Shown here: piece after piece, positions 9,950 through 20,332 of the stretch | How positions within the stretch are numbered: the stretch's first letter is position 1 | How the letters are laid out: every line of letters begins with the position of its first letter | DNA from: Deltaproteobacteria bacterium | GTDB lineage: Bacteria; Myxococcota_A; UBA9160; SMWR01 | Direction: 5' to 3' | Assembly (NCBI GenBank): GCA_032128115.1 | Contig: JAQBHB010000047.1 | Coordinates: forward strand, 192,001-256,000 | Length of the DNA stretch: 64,000 nt | Notes under the pieces: generated by a model | Seen by the model: only the letters and a program-made list of their open reading frames with translations | Databases searched by the model: none | What the model was told of the DNA's origin: nothing | Made by a program: the position numbers and the translations under genes

Positions 9950-10094
9950 GGTCAGTCGACAGCAAGCCAGGAGAGAGCGGCAGCGGCGCCCTGGGTCGGG
10001 ATTGCCAGGGTCGCCATCACCGGGCGGGGCAGGAGCTTCATGGCCTCACGTCATACACGCCCGGGCGCCCCGACGGCAAGCGGGTCGCGCGGCT

Positions 10095-12689
10095 TCAGGT
10101 GTGGTGGGCGAGGCCCTCGGCCAGACTCTCGGCGGCCCGGCGCCGGAAGCCCTTGTACCAGTCGAATCGCTCCAGGGCCTGTCGCAGGGCGCGGTCGCCG
10201 CTTGGAACCGGGTGGGCCTTGAAGAATTCCGCAACTTCCTTGCGGTAGCGCGGATCCAGCAATGAGGGCGTCGCCTCGATCAGGCGGTTCGCCAGCAGCG
10301 ACGGCAGGCGCGGGCGCAGCTCGGACCAGCGTTTCTGGATGAATTCCCAGGTGGCGATGCGCGCCGCCGGGTTGGCCAGCAGCCGCACCAGCACGAAGAT
10401 CACGTCCTGGGTGGGAACGCGGTCGCCGAGCGTCATTTCCAGGGTCCGGTCGATGTGCTCGCGCTCGCGGAAGTCCGCCAGGGCCAGCAGGAAGCGGCGT
10501 TGCTCCTGGGGCGAGCCCGCCCGGGTCAGCTCGGATTCCAGGCGGCGTCGGCGCTTGCTGCCCCCGGCGCGCGCGCCCAATGTCACCACGGCGTCGGCCA
10601 GGTTTGCCTCCAGCGACTGGCGGTCGTCCAGATAGCGATCGCAGCGCTCCGCCGCTTCCTGCACCAGGGGCTCGAAGTCCGCCACTCGACCCACCAGCCC
10701 CAGCAGGGCTGCGCGGCGCAGCCGGAGCTCGTCCGCCTCGTCCGGCGCAGGATCCCAGCCCAGCTCGCGGAACCCGGGGGCGAATTGTCGGGAGATCCAG
10801 TCGCGGAAGGCAGCGGCGCTCTCAGGCGAGGCGTCGGGAATCAGGGAGTGGGCCACGAAGCCCAGAGGGCGAGCCAGCGCCGACAGCACGTCCGGGTCCG
10901 TCTCGGCCGACAGGGCCTCGCCCAGATCGAGCAACACGTCCAGGGAGCGGCGTCCGGACCGCACCAGGGCCCACTCGTGATCCACGAGTCCCATGCGCTC
11001 GACCGCGGGCAGGCAGGGGAGGGCGCCCAACAGGGCCGCAAGGTCGGCCTCGTCGTGCAGGGGGCGGAAGAAGCCACCCTCCTCGGCGTTGCCGTAGACG
11101 AAGCGCGGGGAGATTCGACCCAGCGGAATGCGTTCGCGTGTGTGCGTCAGCAGCTGGCGTGCAAGACGTCCGCGACGCGATCGGCCTTCGAAGACGCGCG
11201 CGACCCACGGCACGGGCCAACGTTCGGTGGCGCCGCGGGCGCGTGTCGGGCGCAGCCGGAAGCGCTCCTGGTGCAGCCGCAGCTCGTGTCGCCCGTTCAC
11301 CAGCGTCCGGCGGATGGCCACGATCGGATAGCCGGGCCTTTCGATCCAGGCCCTAGCAACGGGTTCCACCTCCTGGCCCGAGGCTTCCGAGAGCGCCTGC
11401 CACAGGTCGGCCGCTCTGGTGTTCGACTCCCGGTGCTTGCGGATGTAGGCACGCACGCCCTTGCGGAACTTCGACGCTCCCAGGAAACGCTCCAGCATGC
11501 GCACCACCGAGGCGCCCTTCTCGTATGTGATCAGGTCGAAGTTCTGGTTGGCGTCTGCGGGCGAGTCCACCTTGCAGTAGATGGGGTGTGTGTGCGCGAG
11601 CGCATCCAGTTCAAGCGCGGCGGCGCGCCCGTGCTGGAAGTCGTGCCACATGTGCCACTCGGGCTTCCACTGATCGACGATGTGGAAGGCCATCCAGGTG
11701 GCGAAGGCTTCGTTGAGCCACAGGTCATCCCACCAGGCCATGGTGACCAGATCGCCATACCACATGTGCGCGAGCTCATGGCAGATCACCTCGGCCGCGC
11801 GTTTCTTCTCGGCCAGGGTCACGGTGGCCGGATCCACCAGCAGCAGGGTCTCGCGAAAGAAGACCGCGCCGGCGTTCTCCATGGCGCCGAACTCGAAATC
11901 CGGAACCGCCACCAGGTCGAGCTTCTCGTACGGGTAGGGCATGCCGAAGTAGCGCTCCAGGCGCGTCAGGCACTCGCGGGCGGCTTCCAGCCCGAAGCCC
12001 GTGAGTTCGGTCTTGCCCGGGGTGTGCCAGACACGGATCTCCGTGTCGCCCACGTGGGTGGGCTCCGAGGCCTCGAGCCGCCCCACGGCCAGGGCCACCA
12101 GGTAGGTGGAGAGCGGCGGCGTCTCGGCGAAGTGGATCGTGACCTTGCCGTCGCGCAGGCGCTCCACGTTCTCCACCGGGGCATTCGAGAGCGCGGTATT
12201 GCCCGTCCCGGTGGTCACCGAGATCTGGAAACGCGACTTGGCCGACGGCTCGTCGAAGCACGGAAAGAATTTGCGTGCGTCGGTAGCTTCGAGCTGGGTG
12301 AAGGCGTACCGCTCCTTTCCCACCTCGACCCCGTAGAACCCACACAGGTCGCGGCGCAGCGCGCCGGCGAAGGACAGGTGCAGGGTGGCCGGGCCCTTGG
12401 CGACCGACTCGTCGAAACGCACTTCGATCATCTCGTCGGCGGACAGCGCGTCGATCCGACCGCGCTGGCTGTCCCCCCCGGATTCCATGCGCGCACGGGA
12501 CACGCGCAGGTCCACTGCGTGGAGCACGACACTGCGGGTGGCACGCGCCAGGTCGAGCTCGATGGCCACGTCGCCGCGAAAATCAGGGCCGGCCTGGGGA
12601 TCGACTTCGACGCGAAGGCGGACCCGCCGCGGGATCACCCCCGCCGCAAGCCGGCGGCATTTCGCGCGTTTCGAGCGTTGCGGAGCCAA
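10095..12689 (-). CDS. M1 family zinc aminopeptidase with ERAP1-like C-terminal domain
   Basis: GAMEN, HELAH-x18-E (WLNEAFA), YEKG; exact start uncertain. Confidence 0.93.
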   Translation of the reverse strand: MAPQRSKRAKCRRLAAGVIPRRVRLRVEVDPQAGPDFRGDVAIELDLARATRSVVLHAVDLRVSRARMESGGDSQRGRIDALSADEMIEVRFDESVAKGPATLHLSFAGALRRDLCGFYGVEVGKERYAFTQLEATDARKFFPCFDEPSAKSRFQISVTTGTGNTALSNAPVENVERLRDGKVTIHFAETPPLSTYLVALAVGRLEASEPTHVGDTEIRVWHTPGKTELTGFGLEAARECLTRLERYFGMPYPYEKLDLVAVPDFEFGAMENAGAVFFRETLLLVDPATVTLAEKKRAAEVICHELAHMWYGDLVTMAWWDDLWLNEAFATWMAFHIVDQWKPEWHMWHDFQHGRAAALELDALAHTHPIYCKVDSPADANQNFDLITYEKGASVVRMLERFLGASKFRKGVRAYIRKHRESNTRAADLWQALSEASGQEVEPVARAWIERPGYPIVAIRRTLVNGRHELRLHQERFRLRPTRARGATERWPVPWVARVFEGRSRRGRLARQLLTHTRERIPLGRISPRFVYGNAEEGGFFRPLHDEADLAALLGALPCLPAVERMGLVDHEWALVRSGRRSLDVLLDLGEALSAETDPDVLSALARPLGFVAHSLIPDASPESAAAFRDWISRQFAPGFRELGWDPAPDEADELRLRRAALLGLVGRVADFEPLVQEAAERCDRYLDDRQSLEANLADAVVTLGARAGGSKRRRRLESELTRAGSPQEQRRFLLALADFREREHIDRTLEMTLGDRVPTQDVIFVLVRLLANPAARIATWEFIQKRWSELRPRLPSLLANRLIEATPSLLDPRYRKEVAEFFKAHPVPSGDRALRQALERFDWYKGFRRRAAESLAEGLAHHT

Positions 12690-12703
12690 GCGCCGGGTGT
12701 TTC

Positions 12704-13717
12704 CTAGCTCGCAGATTCCGCCGGGGGCGGGTAGTGGATGTACTCGTCGATCAGGGTCACTGCCAGCTGCGTCGCTTCGGGAATCTCGGTGCCGATGCGG
12801 TCGCGCCGCCGGAGGTCGGACACCAGCATGTCGAGTGCCCGCTTGCGGTCCAGATCGTCGCGGTGTTCGCCCACGATCCGGCGCTCGGCCTCATCGGCGA
12901 AGCAGTAGGCCTTCCAGGAGACGGAGAAGCGCAGATCGTCCCATTTCAACTCGGCGATGGTTTCGTCCTGGCTGCCCACGACCCACACGCCGTCGCCCCG
13001 ATAGCCGAGCTGCATGCCGGGCTTCAGGTCGGGCAGGCCCACGCGGGCTTCGGACACGCGGTCCACACCGTGGAATATGCTGTCCGTGTCCAGCAGGATG
13101 GCGCTGTTGTGGTGGACGGGCAGGGCGACCGGCGGACTCTCGGGGCCATCGGGATAGAACGCGAACTCGCCGCCTTTCGGGTTGCCGAACCAGGAAACCC
13201 CGGTGGCGATGGGCATGCGCCAGGCGTCGAACAGTCCCGAGTGGTGCATGGCCACCAGCAGCCACTGGGGATCCTTCTTGCGATTCATCCCGCGAAACTC
13301 GGGCACGTCCGTATGGATCGCCAGCTCCTGGCCGGGAATCAGGATGTTTGCATATACGATGTTGGGCTCGATGATCCGGCGGCCGTAGAGCCGGCGCGCC
13401 GCTTCGATGAAGCCGTCGTGGTGGAGGAAGTGCTCGATCCCGGCTACCACCGGCTCGTCGTAGGCGTAGGTCTCGCGGAAGTAGTTGGTGCGGGCGATGA
13501 GCCTCTCCACCGCTTCGCTGCGGCCGAAGCGGCCCCCGGTCTTCACGAAGTTGATGGCCGCGTCATAGCGTTGGGGCAGGTCATCGGCGAAGCCGTTCTG
13601 GATCGACTCCTCGTCGTACGTGCCGTAGCGGCTGAAGCGTTCGGCTAGCCGGAGCATGGAGTTGGCCTGTTTGGCGCTGAGCAGGGGATCGAAACGCTCG
13701 TAGGAGAGGTGGGCCAT
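12704..13717 (-). CDS. Hypothetical protein, possible Fe(II)/2-oxoglutarate oxygenase fold
   Basis: HTD (HxD), GGEF strand, distal IFHGV, RFSVSW; GGAGG RBS before MAHLSY. Confidence 0.55.
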   Translation of the reverse strand: MAHLSYERFDPLLSAKQANSMLRLAERFSRYGTYDEESIQNGFADDLPQRYDAAINFVKTGGRFGRSEAVERLIARTNYFRETYAYDEPVVAGIEHFLHHDGFIEAARRLYGRRIIEPNIVYANILIPGQELAIHTDVPEFRGMNRKKDPQWLLVAMHHSGLFDAWRMPIATGVSWFGNPKGGEFAFYPDGPESPPVALPVHHNSAILLDTDSIFHGVDRVSEARVGLPDLKPGMQLGYRGDGVWVVGSQDETIAELKWDDLRFSVSWKAYCFADEAERRIVGEHRDDLDRKRALDMLVSDLRRRDRIGTEIPEATQLAVTLIDEYIHYPPPAESAS

Positions 13718-13869
13718 GGCGCCTCCGGGCTGACGCGGCATCGTACCACGTCGCACCGGGGGCATCCCCATGGGTGGCGCTGTATGCTCCGCGCCGCCGG
13801 GTCTCGGCAGCCCCCCACGTTGCATGCGGCGCCACCCCTGCGCCGCCGGATGTCGGGGGGGGGGGCGAC

Positions 13870-15207
13870 ATGGCCAGCACCAAGAGGGAGCACTGGTCGA
13901 GCCGCACGGGCTTCCTGATGGCGGCGGTGGGCTCGGCCGTGGGCCTCGGGAACATGTGGCGCTTCTCGTATCTCACCGCCGAGAACGGGGGCGCCGCGTT
14001 CGTGGTGGTTTATGTGGCCATCACGCTGCTGGTGGGCCTGCCCGTCCTGTTGGCCGAGCTGGTGGTGGGCCGCGGGGCCCAGCGAAGCGCCATCCGCGCC
14101 CTGGTGCACTACGGCGGCAACGCCTGGAAGCCGCTGGGCCTCCTGTTCGTGGCCGCGGGCTTCCTGATCCTGGCCTACTACAGCGTGATCGCGGGCTGGA
14201 CCCTGCGATATGCCGGGTCGGCGCTCCTGGGGGGCTTCGAGGGAGATGCCGGCGCCCGCTTCGGCGACGTGGCCAGCGGTTGGGACGCCTTCGGCTTCCA
14301 TCTGCTCTTCATGGCGGGAACCGTCGCCATCGTGGGTCGGGGGATTCGCGGGGGAATCGAGCGCATGGCGTTGTTGCTCATGCCGGCTCTGTTCGTGCTG
14401 GTGTGCGGGCTCGCCATCTACGCATCCACCCTGGAGGGATCGGGCGCCGGCTACCGGTACTACCTGAAGATGGATTTCAGCCAGGTCCTCTCGCCCGTGG
14501 TCCTGACCCAGGCCGCGGGACAGGCGTTCTTCAGCCTCAGTCTCGGAATGGGCGCCATGCTCACATTCGCCAGCTACCTGGGACGCGACCACCACCTGCC
14601 CAACGAGTCGGTGATCATTGCGTTTTCCGATCTGGCCATCGCGTTCATCGCGGGGTTGGTGGTCTTCCCCATGATCTATGCGCTGGGACTCGCAACGGCG
14701 GTGAGCGAGAGCACGGTGGGTGCGCTTTTCATCACCCTGCCGCGGGCCTTTGCCGAGATGGGCGCGATGGGATCCTTCGTGGGTTTCCTGTTCTTCGCGA
14801 CGCTGGTGGTGGGAGCGCTCACCTCGGCGGTGTCGCTGCTGGAGGTGGTGGTCTCCGGCGCCGTCGATGGCCTGGGGTGGAGCCGGCCGAGGGCCGCTGT
14901 GGTGATGGGCGTGGCAATCGCCGTGTTCGGTGCGCCCGCCGCCTGGAGCACCGACGTGCTGGGTGTGATGGACGCCATCGCCAACAACCTGATGCTGCTC
15001 ACCGGGGGGCTGCTGCTGGCGGTATTCGTGGGTTGGTTCATGGAAGACCCGGTTTCCGAGGCGCGAATCGGCGCCGAGGGCGTCAACTGGTTCTTCCTGT
15101 GGCGCGCCCTGCTGCGCTTCGTGGCGCCGGCGGTGCTGCTCTACGTGCTGTGGGAAGCCATTCCGGGGACGTTCGCGAGCATCCGGGCGCTCTGGGCGGG
15201 CGGTTGA
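13870..15207 (+). CDS. Sodium-dependent transporter, NSS/SNF family
   Basis: REHWSSRTGF, GSAVGLGNMWRF, ENGGAAF, QAFFSLSLGMG. Confidence 0.95.
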   Translation: MASTKREHWSSRTGFLMAAVGSAVGLGNMWRFSYLTAENGGAAFVVVYVAITLLVGLPVLLAELVVGRGAQRSAIRALVHYGGNAWKPLGLLFVAAGFLILAYYSVIAGWTLRYAGSALLGGFEGDAGARFGDVASGWDAFGFHLLFMAGTVAIVGRGIRGGIERMALLLMPALFVLVCGLAIYASTLEGSGAGYRYYLKMDFSQVLSPVVLTQAAGQAFFSLSLGMGAMLTFASYLGRDHHLPNESVIIAFSDLAIAFIAGLVVFPMIYALGLATAVSESTVGALFITLPRAFAEMGAMGSFVGFLFFATLVVGALTSAVSLLEVVVSGAVDGLGWSRPRAAVVMGVAIAVFGAPAAWSTDVLGVMDAIANNLMLLTGGLLLAVFVGWFMEDPVSEARIGAEGVNWFFLWRALLRFVAPAVLLYVLWEAIPGTFASIRALWAGG

Positions 15208-15344
15208 CACGGGTGTAGATGTGGCACTCTTCAGTAATTCGCGGCGATTCATGCACGATCTCCTGCTCGCACCAACCCGGATCTGGAATCCAACTCGCAG
15301 GGCGGGGGCTGTGCTCGGCGCCGCGAATGCGTCAATGCGCAGTT

Positions 15345-16400
15345 CTAGCGGCGAATCCGCGCCAGGACGAACAGCCCCGCCACGCCCGCCGCGAGGAGGA
15401 TCTCGGTTCGCGGCTCGGGAATCGCGATGATCTCCACGTCTTCGTCCAGGATCTGGGGGGTCGTGCCGGCGCGCCGCGCGGCCCACGATGCCTCGGACTC
15501 GGCCACCTGGTCGCAGGTCATGGCGATGGCGGGGGGGAAGAACACCTGCTGGACGAGATCGATCAGGAAGACGCTACGCCCGACTCCGGGCGTGCACGCC
15601 ACCGCTGGCGGCCCCGTCGCCTGGGCGCCCGTGCACTGGGGATCCAGCAGGATCGGCACGAAGGCGCCGCCGCTGCGATCGGGATCGGGCTGGAAGCCGC
15701 TCACCGGGTGGGCCAGCCCGTACACCGGGTCGGCCCGCGAGCAGCCCCATGCAGCCTCCACCGGCAGGCTCTGGAGCGGCAGGCTGCGGAAGACCTGGTT
15801 GAAGGGCAGCTCCAGGATCGTGAGCGTGTCGAGGATCGGCAGGGCTGCGATGGCGTCGGCCACGGTCATGCCGTCGCCCACCACGCGGCCGAAGGCGGTG
15901 AAGCCGACGCCGTCGGTCAGGTCGAGGGCCAGGTTGTCGTCCAGGTTGATGAACCACTGGCTGGTGGCGCTGTTCGGCTGGCCGCCCAGGCGCGCCATGG
16001 CGAGGGTACCGCGTGTGTTCGACAGACACGGCTCGTTCGCGATGGAAGGGTCCAGGGGGATCTGGGTGTACTCGCCGTCCACCTCGCGGAAACCTCCTCC
16101 CTGGATGACGAAGCCGGGGACGCTGCGGTGGACGAGCGTCCCGTCGTAGTCGCCGTCGTTCTTGTAGTCGAGGAAGTTCTGCACCGTGATGGGCGCCATG
16201 TCCGGGTACAGCTCCAGGGGGATCGTCCCCAGGCTGGTCTGCATGTCCACCCGGATCGGGTTGTCCAGATCCGGCACGCATCCGCCGATCTCGCCGATCT
16301 GGGCCCGCGCCGCGGAAACCAGCAGGAGGCTGGCCAGGGTGAATCCCATCCCGAGGGCCCCGAGGCCTCGCGCTTCGCCATTTCCGCGCCGCATCCGCAT
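15345..16400 (-). CDS. Secreted cyclophilin-type peptidyl-prolyl isomerase with C-terminal PEP-CTERM sorting signal
   Basis: Signal peptide; APITVQNF, HRSVPGFVIQGGG, NTRGTLAMA, SATSQWFIN; C-terminus IPEP + hydrophobic helix + RIRR. Confidence 0.88.
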   Translation of the reverse strand: MRMRRGNGEARGLGALGMGFTLASLLLVSAARAQIGEIGGCVPDLDNPIRVDMQTSLGTIPLELYPDMAPITVQNFLDYKNDGDYDGTLVHRSVPGFVIQGGGFREVDGEYTQIPLDPSIANEPCLSNTRGTLAMARLGGQPNSATSQWFINLDDNLALDLTDGVGFTAFGRVVGDGMTVADAIAALPILDTLTILELPFNQVFRSLPLQSLPVEAAWGCSRADPVYGLAHPVSGFQPDPDRSGGAFVPILLDPQCTGAQATGPPAVACTPGVGRSVFLIDLVQQVFFPPAIAMTCDQVAESEASWAARRAGTTPQILDEDVEIIAIPEPRTEILLAAGVAGLFVLARIRR

Positions 16401-16466
16401 GTCCCCAGCGTCCGCTCAACGCGGGCGTTCGAAGCCTAACATCCGGCGGCGGGCCGGTGTCCCGAA

Positions 16467-18860
16467 TCAGTCGATCAAGCCCGAGCGGCGGCTGGCAGCC
16501 AGGGCATCGATGGCGGCGATCCGGCGCAGCGCCGTTCGGATCTCGTCGGCGAAGGCGCGGCGCTGATGGGCGAGATCCGGGGCGCCGGTCTCCAGGAGTT
16601 CGCGATTTTCGGCCAGGCGCAGGGCGGAGCCGATCACCAGCTGGGAGACCGAGGCGTTGCTGCGGATGCGGCGCTGCAGATGGTACTGGCGACCCAGCTG
16701 CATGCACCGCTCGATGCACCGCTCCCGATCCACGGGCTCCTCGGGATCGGTCCGCTCCAGGTGGTCGGCCACCAGTCCGTACGCCTCGAGCAGCGGCCGC
16801 AGCACCCGGTGAGACGAGAACGGACGGAAGCTCCGCACCAGCTCCTGGATCGCATCCGCCCCCGCCTGGAGCTTCGGCTCCCAGCGGCTATCCGCGAAGG
16901 CAAGCTCCCTTGCGATCTCGCCGCGGAAGATCTCCTTCTCCGAGAAGAAGAACTCGAACTTCATCAGGTCTCGAAGGGCCATTACCGAGTCCCAGAAGGC
17001 GGTGGTCGGGTCGCCGGCGTCGTCTTCGGCGGCGCGGAGCAGTGACAGCTCGGCGATGGCCGGATTCACGAAGAAGTGGATGATCGTGTTGCTGTAGTAG
17101 GCGGCCGCGATCTGCTCGTCCGGGCCGATGCGGTAGATGGCTTCGGGCCCCTCGCTGAAACGCGAGACCACTCCGTTTTCGACGAGTGCATCCAGGGCAC
17201 GGCGCACCGAAGCCTCGTCGCCCAGATCGAGTTCGTCGGTCTTCGGCAACTGGCGGCGGCGCACGAAGTCCACCAGGCGCGAAAGGGAGCCGCGGATTTC
17301 GTCGAGGGTGAGCGCCTGATCACCAACGCCAAGCAGAGTCAGGGTTACCAGAGAGGAGGAGGTCACGGGCGTCACCCGGTTGATGCGCGTCGCCACCTCG
17401 AAGGCCAGTTTTTGGACCGCCAGGTTGTCTTCGTCGTCGTTGGGCTCGGCGCCGGGTTCGGCGCGCCCCAGCACCTTGGAGAGAGCGATGGGCTCGCCAA
17501 AGCGGATGTGGATGTTGCCGTAACGGCGCCGCAGCCGTTTCACCACCCGCACGAACCAGCCGAAGCTTTCCTTCTGCTTGGGCTGCCCCTGCTGCTCGGC
17601 CGCGTAGTCGCCCACGTCCTGGATCTGGTCGTAGGCGATCGAGGTGGGAATCAGCATCACGTCCTCGGCCTTGCCGCGTCGGAACGAGTCCACCACGTAG
17701 GCCAGCATTCCGAAGCGCGGGGGCAGCAACTTGCCCGATCGCGAACGCCCGCCTTCGATGTACCACTCGAGGGAGAAGCGTTTCTCGATCAGGAAGTCGA
17801 TGTACGCATGCAACACGAACTTGTAGACGGGGTTGTCCTTGAAGCTGCGACGGATGAAGAAGACGCCGCTGCGCCGCACGATGGGCCCCACCGGGAAGAA
17901 GTTCATGTTGATGCCACCGGCCGTGTGGTTGGGCGGGTGACCCTGTTGGTGCAGGGCATATTGCAGCACCAGATGGTCCAGGTTCGACTTGTGGGACGGC
18001 AGGAAGACCACCGGGTAGCGTTGGGAGAGCGACTTGATGCGCTCGAGTTCCTCGTGGTCGTAGTAGAGAGATTCGCCGTAGCCCTGGGTGTAGAGCAGGT
18101 GGATCAGGTGGGCGACCAGGTCGATCACGAAGGGACTGTGGGTGGCGGCGATCTCGCGCAGATAGCGCGAGGCATTGCGTTCGACTTCGCGCCTCGGCCG
18201 GCCCAGTTCTTTCGCCAGGCGCGTGAGGCCGCCGCGAAACGTGGGCTTGCCCAGGATGTCCTGGTGAACCAGGCGCGGAACCTTGTAGCGGTTGCCGCGC
18301 AGGCGGCGCTCGCCGCGCTCGAGCGCCAGACCCGCCTGGCGCGCCACGAACTCGGCCAGGCCCGTGGTCTGGGATGGGTCGCTGCCGGTGGCCCGCTGCC
18401 AACGCTGGCGCAGCTCGGAGACCGGCGCCGGGTCGCCGGCCACGATGCGACAACGATCGCGTTGGCTGCGCAGGATCCAGACCTGGCGCAGGCTCCCCGG
18501 ATCGCGCGGGTCGCCCAGACGGAGCAGGTCCCGGAATCGAACCGCGCGGGTGCCGCCCCGCTTACGGGGCAGCCACGCCACGCGCAACGGGGTCAGCAAT
18601 GCGTCCGGGTCCGAGGCGAGGCAGGCGTCGAGCCGCGACAGCGAGACGCCTGGGCGGCGGCGCCGGGTGGGCGGGATCCGGATCGACTGGATCGGGCCAT
18701 CCGACGCAGCATCGGGTCGATTGCGTTCGATCCAGGCCTCGAGAACCCGGGTCTCCAGCTCGCTGCAGGCGTCGATCAGGAAGACGGCGCGCCGGCCCTC
18801 CAGATCGGGCCAGGCGGGCTCGTTGCGCAGGGGCCCATGAGCGGCCGGGGGAGGCGCCAT
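16467..18860 (-). CDS. plsB: Glycerol-3-phosphate 1-O-acyltransferase
   Basis: HKSNLD (HxxxxD), GVFFIRRSF, YIEGGRSRSGKLLPP; start moved to ATG 18860 because 18869 lies within the predicted -10 box. Confidence 0.88.
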   Translation of the reverse strand: MAPPPAAHGPLRNEPAWPDLEGRRAVFLIDACSELETRVLEAWIERNRPDAASDGPIQSIRIPPTRRRRPGVSLSRLDACLASDPDALLTPLRVAWLPRKRGGTRAVRFRDLLRLGDPRDPGSLRQVWILRSQRDRCRIVAGDPAPVSELRQRWQRATGSDPSQTTGLAEFVARQAGLALERGERRLRGNRYKVPRLVHQDILGKPTFRGGLTRLAKELGRPRREVERNASRYLREIAATHSPFVIDLVAHLIHLLYTQGYGESLYYDHEELERIKSLSQRYPVVFLPSHKSNLDHLVLQYALHQQGHPPNHTAGGINMNFFPVGPIVRRSGVFFIRRSFKDNPVYKFVLHAYIDFLIEKRFSLEWYIEGGRSRSGKLLPPRFGMLAYVVDSFRRGKAEDVMLIPTSIAYDQIQDVGDYAAEQQGQPKQKESFGWFVRVVKRLRRRYGNIHIRFGEPIALSKVLGRAEPGAEPNDDEDNLAVQKLAFEVATRINRVTPVTSSSLVTLTLLGVGDQALTLDEIRGSLSRLVDFVRRRQLPKTDELDLGDEASVRRALDALVENGVVSRFSEGPEAIYRIGPDEQIAAAYYSNTIIHFFVNPAIAELSLLRAAEDDAGDPTTAFWDSVMALRDLMKFEFFFSEKEIFRGEIARELAFADSRWEPKLQAGADAIQELVRSFRPFSSHRVLRPLLEAYGLVADHLERTDPEEPVDRERCIERCMQLGRQYHLQRRIRSNASVSQLVIGSALRLAENRELLETGAPDLAHQRRAFADEIRTALRRIAAIDALAASRRSGLID

Positions 18861-18909
18861 CGGGCGCATTCTACCACCGGCGCCTCGCTGGCAGCAGCAG
18901 CGGGGGGCG

Positions 18910-20259
18910 TCATTCGGGCGCCTTTGCCAGGAAGTCCACCGCCAGTTGGGAGAGGGCGCGCACCCCGAGCCCCAGCGCGCTCTCGTCCACGAAGAAGAGA
19001 GGGGAATGATTGGGAACCAGGTCCTCTGCCGCGACCGTCGGCGGACGGATCCCCAGCCAGAAATAGAAGCCGGGAATCCGACGGGCGAAATGCCCGAAGT
19101 CCTCGGCGCCGGTGCGGGGCGGGGGCGTCACCACGTTCTCGGCGCCGAAAACGCGCTGCAGGGTGGGGAGCATGCGCCGGCCCAGGGCGGCATCGTTCAC
19201 GGTGACGGGGTAGCCGTTGGCCACATCGATTTCGACCTCGACCTGCGCGCCAGCGCTCTCGGCGATGCCAGCCGCCGTGCGCCGAACGGCGGCATGCAGG
19301 GCCTCGCGCTGCTCGGGAGAAAGCGAGCGGATCGTGCCCTCCATCTCCACCTGCGCCGGGATGATGTTGTGTCGCACTCCCCCGTGGATGGATCCGATGG
19401 AGACCACCGACGGGATGCGGGCGTCGACCTGGCGCGCCGGGATGGCATGGAGCGCCAGCGTGATGCGCGCCGCCACCGCGATGGGATCCACGCCGAGCCA
19501 GGGGTAGGCGGCGTGGGTCTGGCGGCCGGTGACCACGATGCGCATGCGATCCGAGCTGGCCCAGGCGCCTTCGGGCCGGTAGCCCGCGCTCCCGGCAGCG
19601 TGCTGGGGCACCACGTGCAGGGCGAAGATCGCCTCGGGGCGGGGATCGTCGAGCGCACCCTGCTCGATCATGAGCTTTGCGCCGCCTTCCTCGCCCGGCG
19701 GCGGTCGCTCCTCGGCCGGCTGGAACAGGAACACCACGCTGCCCGGGATGCGATCGCGCAGCCCCGCCAGCACGTCGGCCACGCCCAGCAGGATGGCGGT
19801 GTGGGCGTCGTGGCCGCAGGCGTGCATCACGCCGACTTCCTCGCCGTTGTACTCGGTTCGCACCCGTGACGCGAAGTCGACGTCCACCTCCTCGGTGATG
19901 GGCAGCGCGTCCATGTCGGCGCGCAACGCCACCACCGGCTCGTCGCGGGCGCCGCGCAGCACGCCCACCACGCCCGTGTGGGCCACCCCGGTGCGAACCT
20001 CGAGGCCGAGAATCCGCAGGTGTTCGGCCACGAGGGCCGCGGTTCGAAACTCGCGGTTCGAGAGCTCCGGGTGCTGGTGGATGTCACGGCGCCAGGCGAT
20101 CACCTGGGGCTCTACCCGGGCGGTGCGTTGGTCGATCGCTTCCGAGAGAGACGGGGCGAGGCTCTGTGCCCCAGCGGCTCCGGCGAGCGCAAGGGCCGCG
20201 AGAACGCCGAGAGTCGTTTGGGCCCGGAGAGCCGCCGCTGTCGAGCGGCTGTCGATCAC
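18910..20259 (-). CDS. Secreted M20 family amidohydrolase
   Basis: RRDIHQHPELS, ALRADMDALP, MHACGHDAH, FQPAEE, GAEDF; signal peptide; GGAGG before GTG 20259. Confidence 0.92.
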   Translation of the reverse strand: MIDSRSTAAALRAQTTLGVLAALALAGAAGAQSLAPSLSEAIDQRTARVEPQVIAWRRDIHQHPELSNREFRTAALVAEHLRILGLEVRTGVAHTGVVGVLRGARDEPVVALRADMDALPITEEVDVDFASRVRTEYNGEEVGVMHACGHDAHTAILLGVADVLAGLRDRIPGSVVFLFQPAEERPPPGEEGGAKLMIEQGALDDPRPEAIFALHVVPQHAAGSAGYRPEGAWASSDRMRIVVTGRQTHAAYPWLGVDPIAVAARITLALHAIPARQVDARIPSVVSIGSIHGGVRHNIIPAQVEMEGTIRSLSPEQREALHAAVRRTAAGIAESAGAQVEVEIDVANGYPVTVNDAALGRRMLPTLQRVFGAENVVTPPPRTGAEDFGHFARRIPGFYFWLGIRPPTVAAEDLVPNHSPLFFVDESALGLGVRALSQLAVDFLAKAPE

Positions 20260-20332
20260 GTTGCCTCCATGGCATCCTGGGGAGCGCAGGGTATCGTCGT
20301 CGCCCGCCGCCTGCTGCCGGAAGGGAGGGCCC

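Noticed and set aside
9952..10041. 29-codon minus-strand ORF MKLLPRPVMATLAIPTQGAAAALSWLAVD just upstream of the SGNH-TPR gene
   Set aside because: The RBS-like GAGG is too close to the ATG and there is no recognisable family; it cannot be supported without conservation data.
15204..15344. Lower-GC gap with TTGACA and TGGCAC, as a possible promoter or sRNA
   Set aside because: No properly spaced -10 or sigma54 -12 element, it lies between convergent genes, and I see no clear structure.
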